A DNA stretch of 64,000 bases from Eledone cirrhosa (lineage: Eukaryota). Position 1 is the first letter of the stretch; each line of letters opens with the position of its first letter. The stretch spans positions 376,836,001 to 376,900,000 of the forward strand of contig OZ024741.1 of assembly GCA_964016885.1 (NCBI GenBank), given 5' to 3'. Made by a program: the position numbers and the translations under genes. Below, piece after piece: positions 1 to 12,639 of the stretch. The notes below the pieces were generated by a model. That model was not told where the DNA came from. It saw nothing but the letters and a program-made list of their open reading frames with translations, and did not search any database.

Positions 1-377
1 ATACTGGATAAACGAGAAATTAGAAGCAAAGATGCCACTAAGAAATATACAAGACACGGAAAAAAGGGACAGCGGTCGGAGAAGGGGGCAAGTATTCGAA
101 GTCTAACACCTCTGCTATAAAAAGCGGAGGCAGCCAGATCTATCATAGAATAGGGGAGGGGGTGGGGTGCTGAAGCTACAAGGGACCGAGGGGCTACCTC
201 GAGTGGGCGAGAAAAAGACGACGACAAAGAAAAGGAACTGGGGTAGAAGGACTAGGGAGGGATGGGGGGGAAGGACGGAATATAGAGGAAGCGATAAAAG
301 AATGTAAAAGAAGATCTTACGTCTCCATTGGCAAGCAGGGTTGCCCATTACAAAATAGGCAAGTGGGGTGTTATACT

Positions 378-2541
378 CTAGTCTACGCCCCCCGGGTCAT
401 TATGGGGTTTGAGGGCGAGGTAAGTCCTACGTAATCGGTGTTTACATGCAGTAACCAGTTCATCTTTCTTGTTGAGGAGTTGGTCCGTCGAAAACAGCAT
501 TTGTAAAGTTTCCTCCGAGCATAAATTGCACGGACGGAGTCCTCCCGTGTAAGAGTTGACTCTGGACAGTAATTTCCAAGTGAGATCATAGTTTTTGTTG
601 TTGTCCTTGAGGTCCCATATGTGGCTCGAAAATGTAGTGGCGTGACGCCGGGCCGGGTTTCGGAAGGTATGTCTGTGTTGGTATAGCCGGGTCTTGAAGT
701 CACATGCGGTTAATCCTATATAAGCTTTGTTGGAGGTGTCCGTGCTCACGTTGCACTGGTAGATCACATTACAGTCTCTGCATCTGTTGTCGGGGGGGCA
801 ACTGGATCTATCAGGACAGTTGTACCTCCTGGTCGGCTCTCCACTGCTATTTAGTTTGTTTCATCCATGGGGGTTGAGTTTTTTGTTGTTGGAGGAGACG
901 ATGTTTTGTGCGAAGTTCGGCGTAGTGCTGTAAGAGAGTTTGATGGTATTTTTATTAATTATGTTGTGGTAGCGGTGTTGTGTTGGGAAGTGTTTTTCAA
1001 TGAGCCTAAGGAAAATTTTCCCGATGGGAGTTATCACCTCGGCGTTGTGGGGAGGATTGAACTATGTTACATTACGTGAGCGGCGGTGTCGCCTGCTGTT
1101 TCTGCTAATGGGAGCTGGACAGTAGGATATTTCCTCCCGGAAACCACTCCGCTTGAGGGCCTGGTTGTAGTAAGGCGCATGTTCATCGAATATCTTCTCA
1201 TTAGCTGACAAACGGGATATGCGGAGGGAGGTGTTTTTGACCAGGTTGTTGGTGATGTTTCTAGGATGGTTAGATCGGTGGTGGATGTAGTGCAGGTTGT
1301 CATTGGGTTTCCTGTATGGGTAGTACAGGTCATTATTGAGATCGAGGGTAACGTCTAGGAAATTAACTCGGGTCAGGGATGTTTGTAGGGTTATTTTAAA
1401 TCCCCAGTCAGGGAAGAAGCTGATTAATTGTTTACGGACCCGATCTGTACTACTGGGGTTGTACCCTTTAAGGGTAAGGAGCCCATCATCACGGTACAAT
1501 CCACCACCGAAAGCAGGAAACATATCGGTCAGTTTGATTATAAGGAATAATCCTATAAGATCTGTGACCTCTGCCGAATCTGTAGCGCCCATGCTGACGT
1601 CGAAGGGTGAGTCGGGAGCTCTTTTTATCCATTTGGAGTTGTCAAAGAGTAAGACTGTCTTCCTGGCGTGGAGGAGGATTTTTCTTTCCTGGTCGGTGAT
1701 GCGCACAAGTGCTTCGGCGAAGTCCAAGGCGGCAGTATGTAGCTGTAAGGTGATTGAAGCATAGTAGCTCTCTATGTCGAACTGGATAAATTTAGTGTCT
1801 CGTTTATCCTCCATATTGGTGAACCATGAGATAACTTCCTGGGTGTTGATCCATAGGCTAAATCGGGGGTGTTGCTTGAATTTTGGTATCACGCGGTCTA
1901 GGATTTTTTTGCTGATTCTCCCTATGTCGGACTTCGTTGGGTTTATAAGCCTGATAGATGGTTTACGGTCGAAATCAGATTTGTGGTCCTTCATTGTGAA
2001 GTAGGGTGTCCGTGGGTCTAGGGGTTCGGTGCGGTCGGCGACCCCGAGGCTGGAGGTAATTTGTTGTCCATCTCGATTAATGTCCTCGATGCATGAGTGG
2101 TTAGCCTTTTTGTAGGTGGAGTTTAGGCTTCTCCTGATCAGTGTGTGGTATCTGTCGGGGTTGACAAAGTATAGGTTCCCAGTTTTATCCGAATGCACCA
2201 TGATGTCAATGGTGTTATCATACTCTGTTAAGTTGCTACGGAGTTTTTGTAGGAATCGGTTGTGTCTGGGTTTGAATTTAAGCTTCTTGACCAGTTGGAA
2301 GAGGTCATTCTCGAAGGGTGAGAGCAAAGGGTTCGGGGGTGGGGGGAGATTTGTAGGTAATAAATCCGAATCTCTCCTTGGTACCGAAGTCCTGATTGTC
2401 GCAAAATCTGTCGTAGAAAAAAGTTCTCCATCTAAGTCTTTTCGCAAATAGATCGATTTTTTGCGTGAGCATCCGAAGGTAAAGTTTTTTCGGTGGGATT
2501 GGGATGTTCTTGGTAGAGAAGTCGATGTTGTGTTTTCGCAT
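378..2541 (-). pseudogene. Penelope-like element (Hydra-clade-like) RT + C-terminal GIY-YIG endonuclease, frameshifted
   Basis: N-terminus MRKHNIDFSTKNIPIP..KRLRWRTFF (ATG at 2541). RT motifs FIQFDIESYY, VSMGATDSAEVTDLIG, GLYRDDGL, VNFLDVTLDL in ORF 1062-2447. GIY-YIG region VIYQC..AYIGLT..FKTRLYQH and CNLC..CKH in ORF 378-767. At least 2 frameshifts. Confidence 0.92.
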
Positions 2542-2629
2542 GGTGCGGGTGAAAGAAATTGAGGTTAGCGGAAAAGTCTGGATACGGCGTGGTAGGGTCG
2601 GAAAGTGCTCTACTACGGGGATAGGAGCT

Positions 2630-4090
2630 AGATAACGAAGGAAATGTGGTAAGGAACCAGGTGGACCATAACGCACCAAAGTACTCAATACTTAGGGTAG
2701 TAGAGTGGGTAATAGGTTCAAGTAATACCCCGACGGCTGAGCTCAAGCCGTTTCGACGGCTAATTCTGGACTGAATGAAAATGTATTCTGGTATTTAAAT
2801 AGCCGAGCTTATCAAGGGGTAATTCCATATATGGTCAAAGAGATAATCACCAGGATTGGTCACATCACAGGTTAGTAGTAAATCTGTGATGGCAAATTGG
2901 TGGGGGAAGGGGTAGCTAAACCTGCCGGTAGGAGAAATAGGGAGAGTGGGTGGAGTAGATCCATTCATGCGTTGGTAGTGCCGGCTACAGCTGGGCGTGA
3001 GGTCAAAGAGGATACTGGGGAGGGGGAGGGGGAGGAAGTCGAAAAGGTCAGTAGAACAATGTAGGGTAAAACTATAAGTGTTACTAAGAGTGAAAAAAAA
3101 AATAAGCAAAGTCTGGTTACTAAGACTTAAGTCTCTCGCTATCGTCAGGCTAAAGAAATACATAAATAAATATATAAACAAATAAGTGAATAAAAGAATA
3201 GATAAATAAATAAAAAAAAATAAATAAAAATATAATGAAGAATAAAAAAATAAATAATAATAATAAAAATAAACTAGGTGGGGCGGAAATAAAGGGACAC
3301 TTATACGAGGTATAAGTGCGTGTATCGTACGGTGACGGGTCAACAAAGGGCGGGCCAAAATACTAAAGAGACTACCACGAAATAATAAAGGTTTCTACCC
3401 CAATCACAGGGCCAGCAACCACCCAGTGCAAGAAAATAAACTAGTACGAGAATATAATTCAGGGACCCGCAAAAAAATACTAGTGCTAACTCTAGGGGTA
3501 CCGCCACGAAACGAACAGTCTTATACAAGCTACATGAAAGATCGTACGAAGTAAAAGTAAAGAACGGAAAATTAATACAGACCCCCCCCTCAAAAAAAAG
3601 GGGAAAAAGAAGAAACAAATACTGGATAAACGAGAAATTAAAGCAAAGATTCCACTAAGAAATATAGAAGGCACGGAAAAAAGGGACAGCGGTCGGTGAA
3701 GGGGGTAAGTATTCGAAGTCTAACACCTCTGCTATAAAAAGCGGAGTCAGCCAAATCTGTCATAGAATAGGGGAGGGGTGTGGGGGTGCTGAACTACAAG
3801 GGACCGAGGGGCTACCTCGGGTGGGCGAGAAAAAGACGACGACAAAGAAAAGGAACTGGGGTAGAAGGACTAGGGAGGGATGGGGGAAGGAGGAAATATA
3901 GAGGAAGCGATAAAAGAATGTAAAAGAAGATCTTACGTCTCCATTGGCAAGCAGGGGTTACCCATTACAAAATAGGCAAGTGGGGTGTTATACCCTAGTC
4001 TACCCACCCCCCGGGTCATTATGGGGTTTGAGGGCGAGGTAAGTCCTACGTAATCGGTGTTTACATGCAGTAACCAGTTCATCTTTCTTG
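2630..4090 (-). mobile_element. Upstream pseudo-LTR (tandem copy of the element's 3' end/UTR) of the PLE at 378-2541
   Basis: 3619-4090 is a direct repeat of about 1-471 (end of the GIY-YIG ORF plus 3' UTR). It continues through a pyrimidine-rich tract (minus strand) to the HHR at 2726-2821 and a terminus near 2630. Confidence 0.85.
2726..2821 (-). ncRNA. Type I hammerhead ribozyme, U3-A8 core variant
   Basis: Minus strand: TACCCC-TTGATAA-G..CGGCTA(long loop)TAGCCG.C-GAAA-CGGCT(TGAGCTC)AGCCG-TC-GGGGTA. Stem I 6 bp, stem III 6 bp, GUC cleavage triplet. Confidence 0.8.
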
Positions 4091-5345
4091 GATGGAAGAA
4101 ACAACCTAAATAGCAGTGGAGAGCCGACCAGGAGGTGCAACTGTCCTGATAGATCCAGTGCCCTCTCGACAACAGATGCAGAGACCGTAATGGTATCTAC
4201 CAGTGCAACCTTAGCACGGACACCTCCAACAAAGCTTATATATGATTAACCGCATTTGACTTCAAGACCCGGCTATACCAACACAGACATACCTTCCGAA
4301 ACCCGGCCCGGTGTCACGCCACTACACTTTCGGGCCACATATGGGACCTCAAGGACAACAACATCAACTGTGATCTCACTTGGAAATTACTGTCCAGAGC
4401 CAACTCTTACACGGGATGACGCCGTCCGTGCAATTTATGCTTGGAGGAAACTTTACAAATGCTGTTTTCCACGGACCAACTCCTCAACAAGAAAGATGAA
4501 CTGGTTACTGCATGTAAACACCGATTACGTAGGACTTACCTCGCCCTCAAACCCCATAATGACTCGGGGGGGTAGACTAGGGTAACACCCCACTTGCCTA
4601 TTTTGTAATGGGTAACCCCTGCTTGCCAATGGAGACGTAAGATCTTCTTTCACATTCTTTTATCGCTTCCTCTATATTTCCTCCTTCCCCCATCCCTCCC
4701 TAGTCCTTCTACCCCAGTTCCTTTTCTTTGTCGTCGTCTTTTTTTCGCCCACCCGAGGTAGCCCCTCGGTCCTTTGTAGTTCAGCACCCCCACACCCCTC
4801 CCCTATTCTATGACAGATTTGGCTGACTCCGCTTTTTATAGCAGAGGTGTTAGACTTCGAATACTTGCCCCCATCTCCGACCGCTGTACCTTTTTTCCGT
4901 GCCTTCTATATTTCTTAGTGGAATCTTTGCTTTAATTTCTCGTTTATCCAGTATTTCTTTCTTCTTTTTCCCCCTTTTTTGAGGGGAGGGGGGGTCTGTA
5001 TTAATTTTCCGTTCTTTACTTTTACACGTACGATCTTTCATGTAGCTTGTATAAGACTTTTCGTTTCGTGGCGGTACCCCTAGAGTTAGCACTAGTATTT
5101 TTTTGCGGGACCCTGAATTATATTCTCGTACTAGTTTATTTTCTTGCACTAGGTGGTTGCTGGCCCTGTGATTGCGGTAGAAACCTTTATTATTTCGTGG
5201 TAGTCTCTTTAGTATTTTGCCCCCCACCCCTCCTTTGTTGACCCGTCACCGTACGATACACGCACTTATGCCTCGTATAAGTGTCCCTTTATTTCCGTCC
5301 CACCTAGTTTATTTTTATTTTTATAATTTATTTGTTATTCTTCAT
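4090..5345 (+). mobile_element. Inverted, 5'-truncated copy of the same PLE 3' end (GIY-YIG remnant + 3' UTR)
   Basis: Reverse complement of about 1-866 and about 3230-4090. ORF 4256-4585 is nearly identical to 383-703(-). Confidence 0.9.
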
Positions 5346-5463
5346 TATATATATAAAAGAGTTGTTTTGGTATTCTAGAATCCTTCATCCTGGCAAGGTG
5401 ACCACGCCAACGGAGTCGCTGCTTAAGCACAAGAGCTTCTATACTGTCACACATAGAGCTTTC

Positions 5464-8333
5464 CTAAATCTCGACATCACTGATGTGGTCCCTCCAGTGA
5501 ACGCCATGGATCCGTCTGAGACACATCTGATGGAAACGCTCCAATTGCTTAAGGTGGTGTCGATATGTGACCCAGGTCTCGCAGGCATAAAGAAGACAAG
5601 ATAGTACACATGCCCTGTACACCTTCACCTTTGTCCTCCTGCATATGTCTCGCCGACCCCAGAGTCGCCTTTCTAGCTTTCCGAAAGCATCACTTGCTTT
5701 CCTAATCCTAAGTGAGATTTCACCGTCAAGGTTGCCGTATCGATTGACAGTGCTTCCCAGGTAGACAAACTGATCAACCACTCCAAGTCGTTTGCCATAC
5801 ACATAGATGTTTGGTTCAGTGTACTGCTTACTAGGGGCAGGTTGGTACATGACGACGGTTTTCTTGAGACTGACAGTCAAACCCAGGGCAGTGCAAGCGT
5901 CATAAAATGCATTTAAAATGTGCTGCATATCACTCTCTGTGTGCGCTACAAGATCGCAATCATCTGCATACAAGAGGTCTCTTATGATTGATGTAAATAC
6001 TTTTGTCTTCGCAGCAAAGCGCCTGATGTTAAATATGCTGCCTGAGGTTCGATATCGGATGTAAACACCATGCTCGCAATTCCTGAATGCAATACAGAAA
6101 ACCATTGCAAAGTATATGGCAAACAGGGTCGGTGCTGGAATATCCCCCTGTTTCACTACATTTTTTACTGAGATAGGATCCGACATGTTACCTCCGACAT
6201 TAACCCAAGCCTTCATGTCGTCATGGAAAGACCTAACTAAAGCAAGGAACTTATCAGGGCAACCAAGTTTCTGGAGAACCTTCCATAATGCCTCTCTGTT
6301 GACAGTATTGAAAGCCTTTGTTAGATCGACAAAAACCTGATACAGATCCAAGCCTTGTTCAATGCACTTCTCCTGGAGCTGTCTAGCTGAGAAGATCATA
6401 TCAGTAGTGCCCCGTCCAGCACGAAAACCAGATTGACTTTCAGGAAGAACACAATCTGCAATGTGTGTCAGCAGACGGTCCAGAAGCACCCTACATAAAA
6501 CTTTCCCTACGACAGAAAGCAATGATATACCTCTGTAGTTCCCACAATCATTCCTGTTACCCATTCCCTTGTACAAGACCATGATTACTGCATCTTTCCA
6601 GTCCTCAGGTACGGATTCATTAGCCCATATCCTTCCAAACAAAGAGTACAGATGTTGCAGGAGTCTCTCACCACCATATTGTAGGAGCTCAGCATGTATG
6701 CCATCCATACCTGGAGATCTTCCACTGTTCAGCTTCGAAATAGCTACTGCAACATCCACAAGCGTCGGAGGTTCTGCGAGAGCTACTTTCACAGGACTTT
6801 CTGGAATGAGATTGAGGAAATCTTCACTGACGACAGACGGCTGATCAAAAGATCATCAAAGTGCTCTCGCCACCTTCGTATAATTCCCTGTGAGTCACGA
6901 AGAAGTTCTTTGCCATCCTTGCTGCGAAGCGGTGCCACTAGAGAAGAAGACGGTCCATAAACCTCAAGCCAAAGACTGTACAACAGCTTTGTGTTATTGG
7001 AATCAGACGCAGTTTGTATCTCACCAGCCTTCTCACTCCACCACTGATCCTTCATCTGAGAAAGACTCCGCCTAACACGTGATTTTACATCCCTGAGCTC
7101 CTCATGCAACGTATTCCTCTCCTGTGGTTTTGCCGTCAAGTAGCGTGACAGAGCACGCCTCTTATCAGCCAACAAGTCTTCTATATGTACATCATTCTCA
7201 TTAAACCAGTCCTGATGTTTTCTCTGCACCAATCCCAGAACACGCCTGCCTACATCATAAACCGACTTTTTAAGGATCGGCCAATCCTCACCAAGATCTG
7301 CAGCCTGAATCTCTTCTTCCAATGTCCTCTTCACATTTTTATCCTTAAGACGAGCAGCATTCAATCTTTTGGGCAGGGCAACACCAGGAGCCCGGATTTT
7401 ACGTTTAGTGATTAGTTTCACTTTTGCGCGTACCAGGCGGTGGTCCGTCCAGCACTCAGCTCCACGAAGAACACGAACACACTGCACATCCTGTCTGTCA
7501 CGCATCCTGACTAGGACGTAGTCCAAAAGATGCCATTCCTTAGATGCAGGATGCATCCATGTGGTCTTGAATTTGTTCTTTTGTTGGAACATGGTGTTGG
7601 TAACACACAGATCCAGCTCCTCACACATCTACAGCAGGAGCATACCATTGCTGTTACACTTTCCCACCCCATGCCTTCCGATTACATTCCATGTGTTAAA
7701 ATCCCTACCCATTCTAGCATTAAAGTCACCAAGCACGATGACTTTGTCTGCCTGAGGGATATTTCTTAGAACACCTTTCAAGGCATGGTAAAAGGACAGT
7801 TTTTCTTCATCGACAGAATTCATAGTTGGAGCATACACACTCACCAGGGTAGCATATCTTCCTTTGTCCATCGGAACTCTCATGGACATAAGACGCTCAC
7901 TAATCCCTACTGGGAATTCTTCTAATTTATTCACAAGTACAGTCTTAACAGCAAATCCTACCCCAACCTCTCTTCTGGTTCCTTCATCTCTTCCTTTCCA
8001 GAAGAATGTATATTCTCCACAAAATTCCGTAAGATGACCATCCCCAGCTAACCTCGTCTCAGATAAAGCCACGATGTCAAGATCGTAACGTCGAAGCTCC
8101 TTTGCAACAAATGCGGTCCTTCGTTCAGGACGCTCCAAGGAATCCCTGTCAAGCAGCGTCCGTACGTTCCAGCAGCCAAGACTAAATGCCTTGTTTGGCT
8201 CTATTACAATGGCACGATGACGAGCGGGCCCAGGCTGTGATAACTTGGGGCCCCTGCCCTTATTGCCAATGATCTTTTTTGTTCCAGAAACTAAATTGCC
8301 AATTATCTCTTTTACATTGTTCTGGAACATCAT
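5464..8333 (-). mobile_element. RTE-clade LINE (APE endonuclease + RT), disrupted and 3'-truncated
   Basis: APE motifs LGCWNVRTL, DIVALSETR, SVYAPT, LGDFNAR, WHLLDYVLV, TDHRLV. RT motifs NYRGISLLS, ESQSGFR, VFVDLTKAFNTV, KQGDIPAPTLF, LLYADD, FVYLGS. Split over ORFs 7629-8333, 6789-7628 and 5464-6792. Confidence 0.93.
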
Positions 8334-8429
8334 TGAATTGGAAAAAAAAAAAAAAAAAAAAGTAATAATAATAGTAATAATAATAATAATAATAGTAGTA
8401 CACTATTAATAATTATTAATGCACTCGTG

Positions 8430-8700
8430 TAATGCCTGTGCGTGACGAATATTTTTAAAGTGAGGAAAGACTGTGCACTGAGCCAATCCCACTCTCTGAG
8501 CGACAGTAGCTATAACCCGAAAAGAAGAAAAGATCAACATCATCTGTAACTACTGAGCTGCAGGTTTTATATCGGAGTTAACCCAGTATCCTGAGATGCC
8601 TTCTCCTAGAAGAATGCCCTGACAAGGGCTAGGGGTTCTTCACTCCCAGGGTTTAACTGCGCGATCGGGCATCCAGCCCGATTATTTGTATATCCCCGCG
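8430..8700 (-). mobile_element. Putative RTE 5' UTR segment with conserved stem-loop; homologous to 60314-60513
   Basis: Lies upstream of the RTE ORF on the minus strand. Aligns by eye with 60314-60513 (aatgcctgtgc, cccactctct, aaaagaagaa..tcaacatcat, ccttctcctagaa..gac aa.ggcta.gggg). Confidence 0.55.
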
Positions 8701-8969
8701 CAAAGAAAAAAAAAAAAAATCACTTATTGACACTTATACGCACGACATACACACACACGCATACATATGCGCGCACACAGCAACACATACATACAAACAA
8801 ACACACACACGCGCTACTCTACTCACTTATACGCACACACACATATATATATATATATATATTACCGTCATTACTGATACAAGATTACAAGATTATGTCA
8901 ACTGCTGACTTTCAAGAGTTTGTATAGTTGAAGCCGATCGTATTACAGTCCAGTATTATTATAATTGCT

Positions 8970-9120
8970 TTCCAGCACAGAGTTATGGCTCCCCACGCTC
9001 TGAGCTCAAATCCCGCCGAGATCAACCTTGCCCTTCATCCCCACGGAGTCAACAAAAGAGAGTACCAGTGATGCGCTGGGCCAGTCGCTGGATCCGTGCC
9101 AAAAGCAGAGAAATTATTAT
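8970..9120 (+). mobile_element. Diverged tRNA-derived SINE (Meta-domain type)
   Basis: B-box-like gagctcaaatccc followed by gcccttcatccccacggagtcaacaaaagagagtaccag. Confidence 0.65.
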
Positions 9121-9894
9121 TAAAGTTGTTTTATTAAGGCCCGGTCGCTGGTGATGGTGATGGCGGCGGCGGTGATGGTGGTGGTGGTGGTGGTAGTTGA
9201 TGTTGTTGTTGTGTTGTATGCGTATGTGTGTGTGTGTGTTTTGTTATTTTGAGTTTTTTTGTTTTTTTTTCCTTTCCCTTTTCTTTTCTTTTCTTTTCCC
9301 TTCCTTTTTTTATGTTTTTATGCCGCTGTTGTTGTTGTTGTAAATGTTCATTTCAGTTCATTCTGAAGCTGTTGTTGTAAACGTTAGTGCCGGCGTTGTT
9401 GTTGTAGATGTTGGGGTTGAAATCTGGTCGTTTGACTGAGTGATGTATATACACACATATACATACACCCACATATATATATATATACACATTCAACAGA
9501 GAGTAGAGAGTTTGACAACAAGTCGATGACATTAGTCTAGATAGGGTATGGTATGGTAATGACATGTGATGGTGGGGAGAGAGTGTAGACGTTATTGTGG
9601 TGGTGGGGACAGTGAGATGTATCTAGTTCATTTGACCGGGTTCTTCTCTTTGCAAAATTTGAATTTTAGCCATGTTATACTGAGATGTAAGTAAATGTAA
9701 AATGTAAGATATAAATAAGGATTGCTCTGCTAAAATATACTAAAATATTTGTGTAACTTCCACAAACTTCTGTCGTGACATTCCCGAGCCAGTGACCAAA
9801 AATTTGTTGTATTTTGATGTTTCAGAATACCAAAATAAATTAAAAACTTACCCCACGAAAAGACAGCGTGTGTTGTCCTATCTATAAGCTGCCC

Positions 9895-10260
<366 letters not shown>

Positions 10261-10290
10261 AAAAAAATTTCGCTCTACATGGCTAAATAG

Positions 10291-10946
10291 AATAAATGTA
10301 ATCTGAGTTTTATCGAATATTAATAATAACATTCGATTTGTTTGAAATTATGCAAACATCACTCGATTTTATAGCCATGTCAGTAGAATCAACACTTCAT
10401 TCTTTCCCTGTGTTAGCATGCGAGCAGTATTGCAGACACTAATGTTTCTGGGTATCACCCTTCATAAGTACACCTCACTGTTCACCGGCCAAACTGTCAG
10501 AGCTAGTGAAAATATATGCTATTTTCAATAATACACAGTCACTGATTGGCCTGATTTGCATATTAGCATATATTTTTTATATACATGAAACTGACTGGCC
10601 AGTCTGCTGATATACAAATCTGGCTGATGAGTGGATCTGCTAATATGCAGATTTTACAGATCGGCCAGTCTGCTAATATGCAAATCAGGCAGATCAGTCA
10701 CTGTCTTTTTGAAAATAGCATATACTTTCACTAGCTCTGACAGATTGGCAGGTGAACAGTGATCTCTACTTATAAAGGGTGATACCCAGAAACATTAGTG
10801 TCTGCAGTTCTGTTCGTATGCCAACACAAGAGCACGAATGAAGTGCTCATTCTAATGACATGGCTATAAAATTGAGGCTTGTTTGCATAATTGGGAACGA
10901 ATCGAATGTTATTATTAATATAGGAAAAACTCAGATTACATTTATA
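10291..10946. mobile_element. Foldback/MITE-like element with about 280 bp imperfect terminal inverted repeats and internal octamer-containing subrepeats
   Basis: ataaatgtaatctgagtttt...gatttgcatattagca (10291-10568) mirrors tgctaatatgcaaatc...aaaactcagattacatttat (10671-10946). A half copy lies at 40791-41150. Confidence 0.8.
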
Positions 10947-11052
10947 TATATATCCAGAGAGTGTAACTTTCAGTTACTGTAGGTCAATGCGAGTGAGCAC
11001 TCGATGTTTAGGTTCACTTCATTGTCGAGGTGTAGAGCTAGACAGAGTGTAT

Positions 11053-11593
11053 TATAGTGAAAATATAACAAGAAAGATTGGTTACTCCTTCATTACATTT
11101 ATTGTTTGGCGACGCGCGTTTCGCCACTGATCAGTTCAAGATTTGATCTGTATCGATGTTACTCGACTCTGTAATCTGCGGCTGGTCGGACCCCTTGAAA
11201 TGCTAGTAGAAAATGAATACATGCTATATGATAAAGTCAGAAGTTCATATGTTGGTCAATAAAGTTTGTTTTGATTGGTGGATTAGTTCATAGGGATGTT
11301 TTGGCCTGTAGTGTATGTGGGGGGTGGGGGTGGAGATAAGATGGTGGTGATGGTTGCAGACCGAAGTGGGCGGGGGTGGTGGTGGTGGTGGCTGGGGATG
11401 GTACTGGTTGTCAGTAGACATATTGTATTGTATAGCATGTATTCATTTTCGACTAGCGTTACAAGGAGTCCGGCGAGCCGCAGATTACAGAGTCGGGTAA
11501 GGTCGATACATACCTTGAGCTGATCAGTGGCGAAATGCGCGTCACCAACCAATAAATGTAATGAAGGAGTAACCAATCTTCGTTGTTATCTTT

Positions 11594-11600
<7 letters not shown>
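11053..11600. mobile_element. Inverted-repeat (pLTR-type) insertion with a decayed HHR in each arm
   Basis: Arms about 11053-11232 and 11428-11600. HHR-like motifs at 11108-11194(-) and 11465-11548(+), consensus GGT-CCGACGA-GCCGCAGATTA..TGATCAGTGGC-GAAA-CGCGCG-TC-ACC, followed by AATAAA. Confidence 0.7.
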
Positions 11601-11661
<61 letters not shown>

Positions 11662-11668
11662 AAAGTGT

Positions 11669-11727
<59 letters not shown>

Positions 11728-11799
11728 TTAAGTGTATTTTTATATATATATATATATATATATAGATGGCACTGTATATATATATATATATATATATAT

Positions 11800-12600
11800 G
11801 GCAATTCCTTATAACCTTGCCAGAGGACTGCACAATAGTTTCAGATAAATACACATGCTACAGAAGACTAGAAGAATTAAAAACACACTTATCAGCAGAA
11901 ACTACCCACCATCACTAATCAACAATGGATTACAACGTGCCCTAAATCTCGACATCCAGGAACTCAGACACCCCAAACCCAGGAATGAACTGCAACCGAA
12001 AACTCTACCATACATCTCCACACACAACCCCCTCAAAAATGAGGTATTCGACACCATCCTCCAGAACATTCCTTTACTAAAAAGGGACCCAAGAATGAAC
12101 AAAATCCTCCAAACACACAACATCATAAAGGGCAATAGACAACTTAAATCCATAAAAAACACCCTCACGCAAGCCAAAATCCAACAAACCCTCACAATCA
12201 ACCCTACAGTAACAAAATGCGGAAGGCCCAACTGTGGCATATGCATAAATCTAATAGAAAGTTCAACATTCTACTTCAAACAAGGACAACATTTCACAGT
12301 TAAGCACCACTTGGCAGGTGCATCTGAAAACCTAATCTATACTTTGACCTGCTTAGGTTGTCAAGGGCACTACATAGGACAGACAACACAACAGCCTCCG
12401 TATGACCGTCCATAAATCACAAATCAAAATACAGGAATACAGAAAGATTGCATTTAGTGAACATATCGCCAATCGTGCACCCAACCAACATCCAAACTTT
12501 AAAATTTTCCCCATTTACAAATTTATAGACGACGCTACTTTCATCCAATAAGGAAACGTATTTCATTAACAAATTCCAGCCTCTACTTAATGCACTAAAC
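11800..12600 (+). pseudogene. PLE 3' fragment (Neptune-like thumb + linker + GIY-YIG)
   Basis: RNYPPSLI, LPYISTHNP, CGRPNCGIC, NLIYTLTCLGCQGHYIGQT. Confidence 0.8.
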
Positions 12601-12639
12601 TTCGGTACCAGTGAGCTGGGACTCCTACTTAAACTTACC

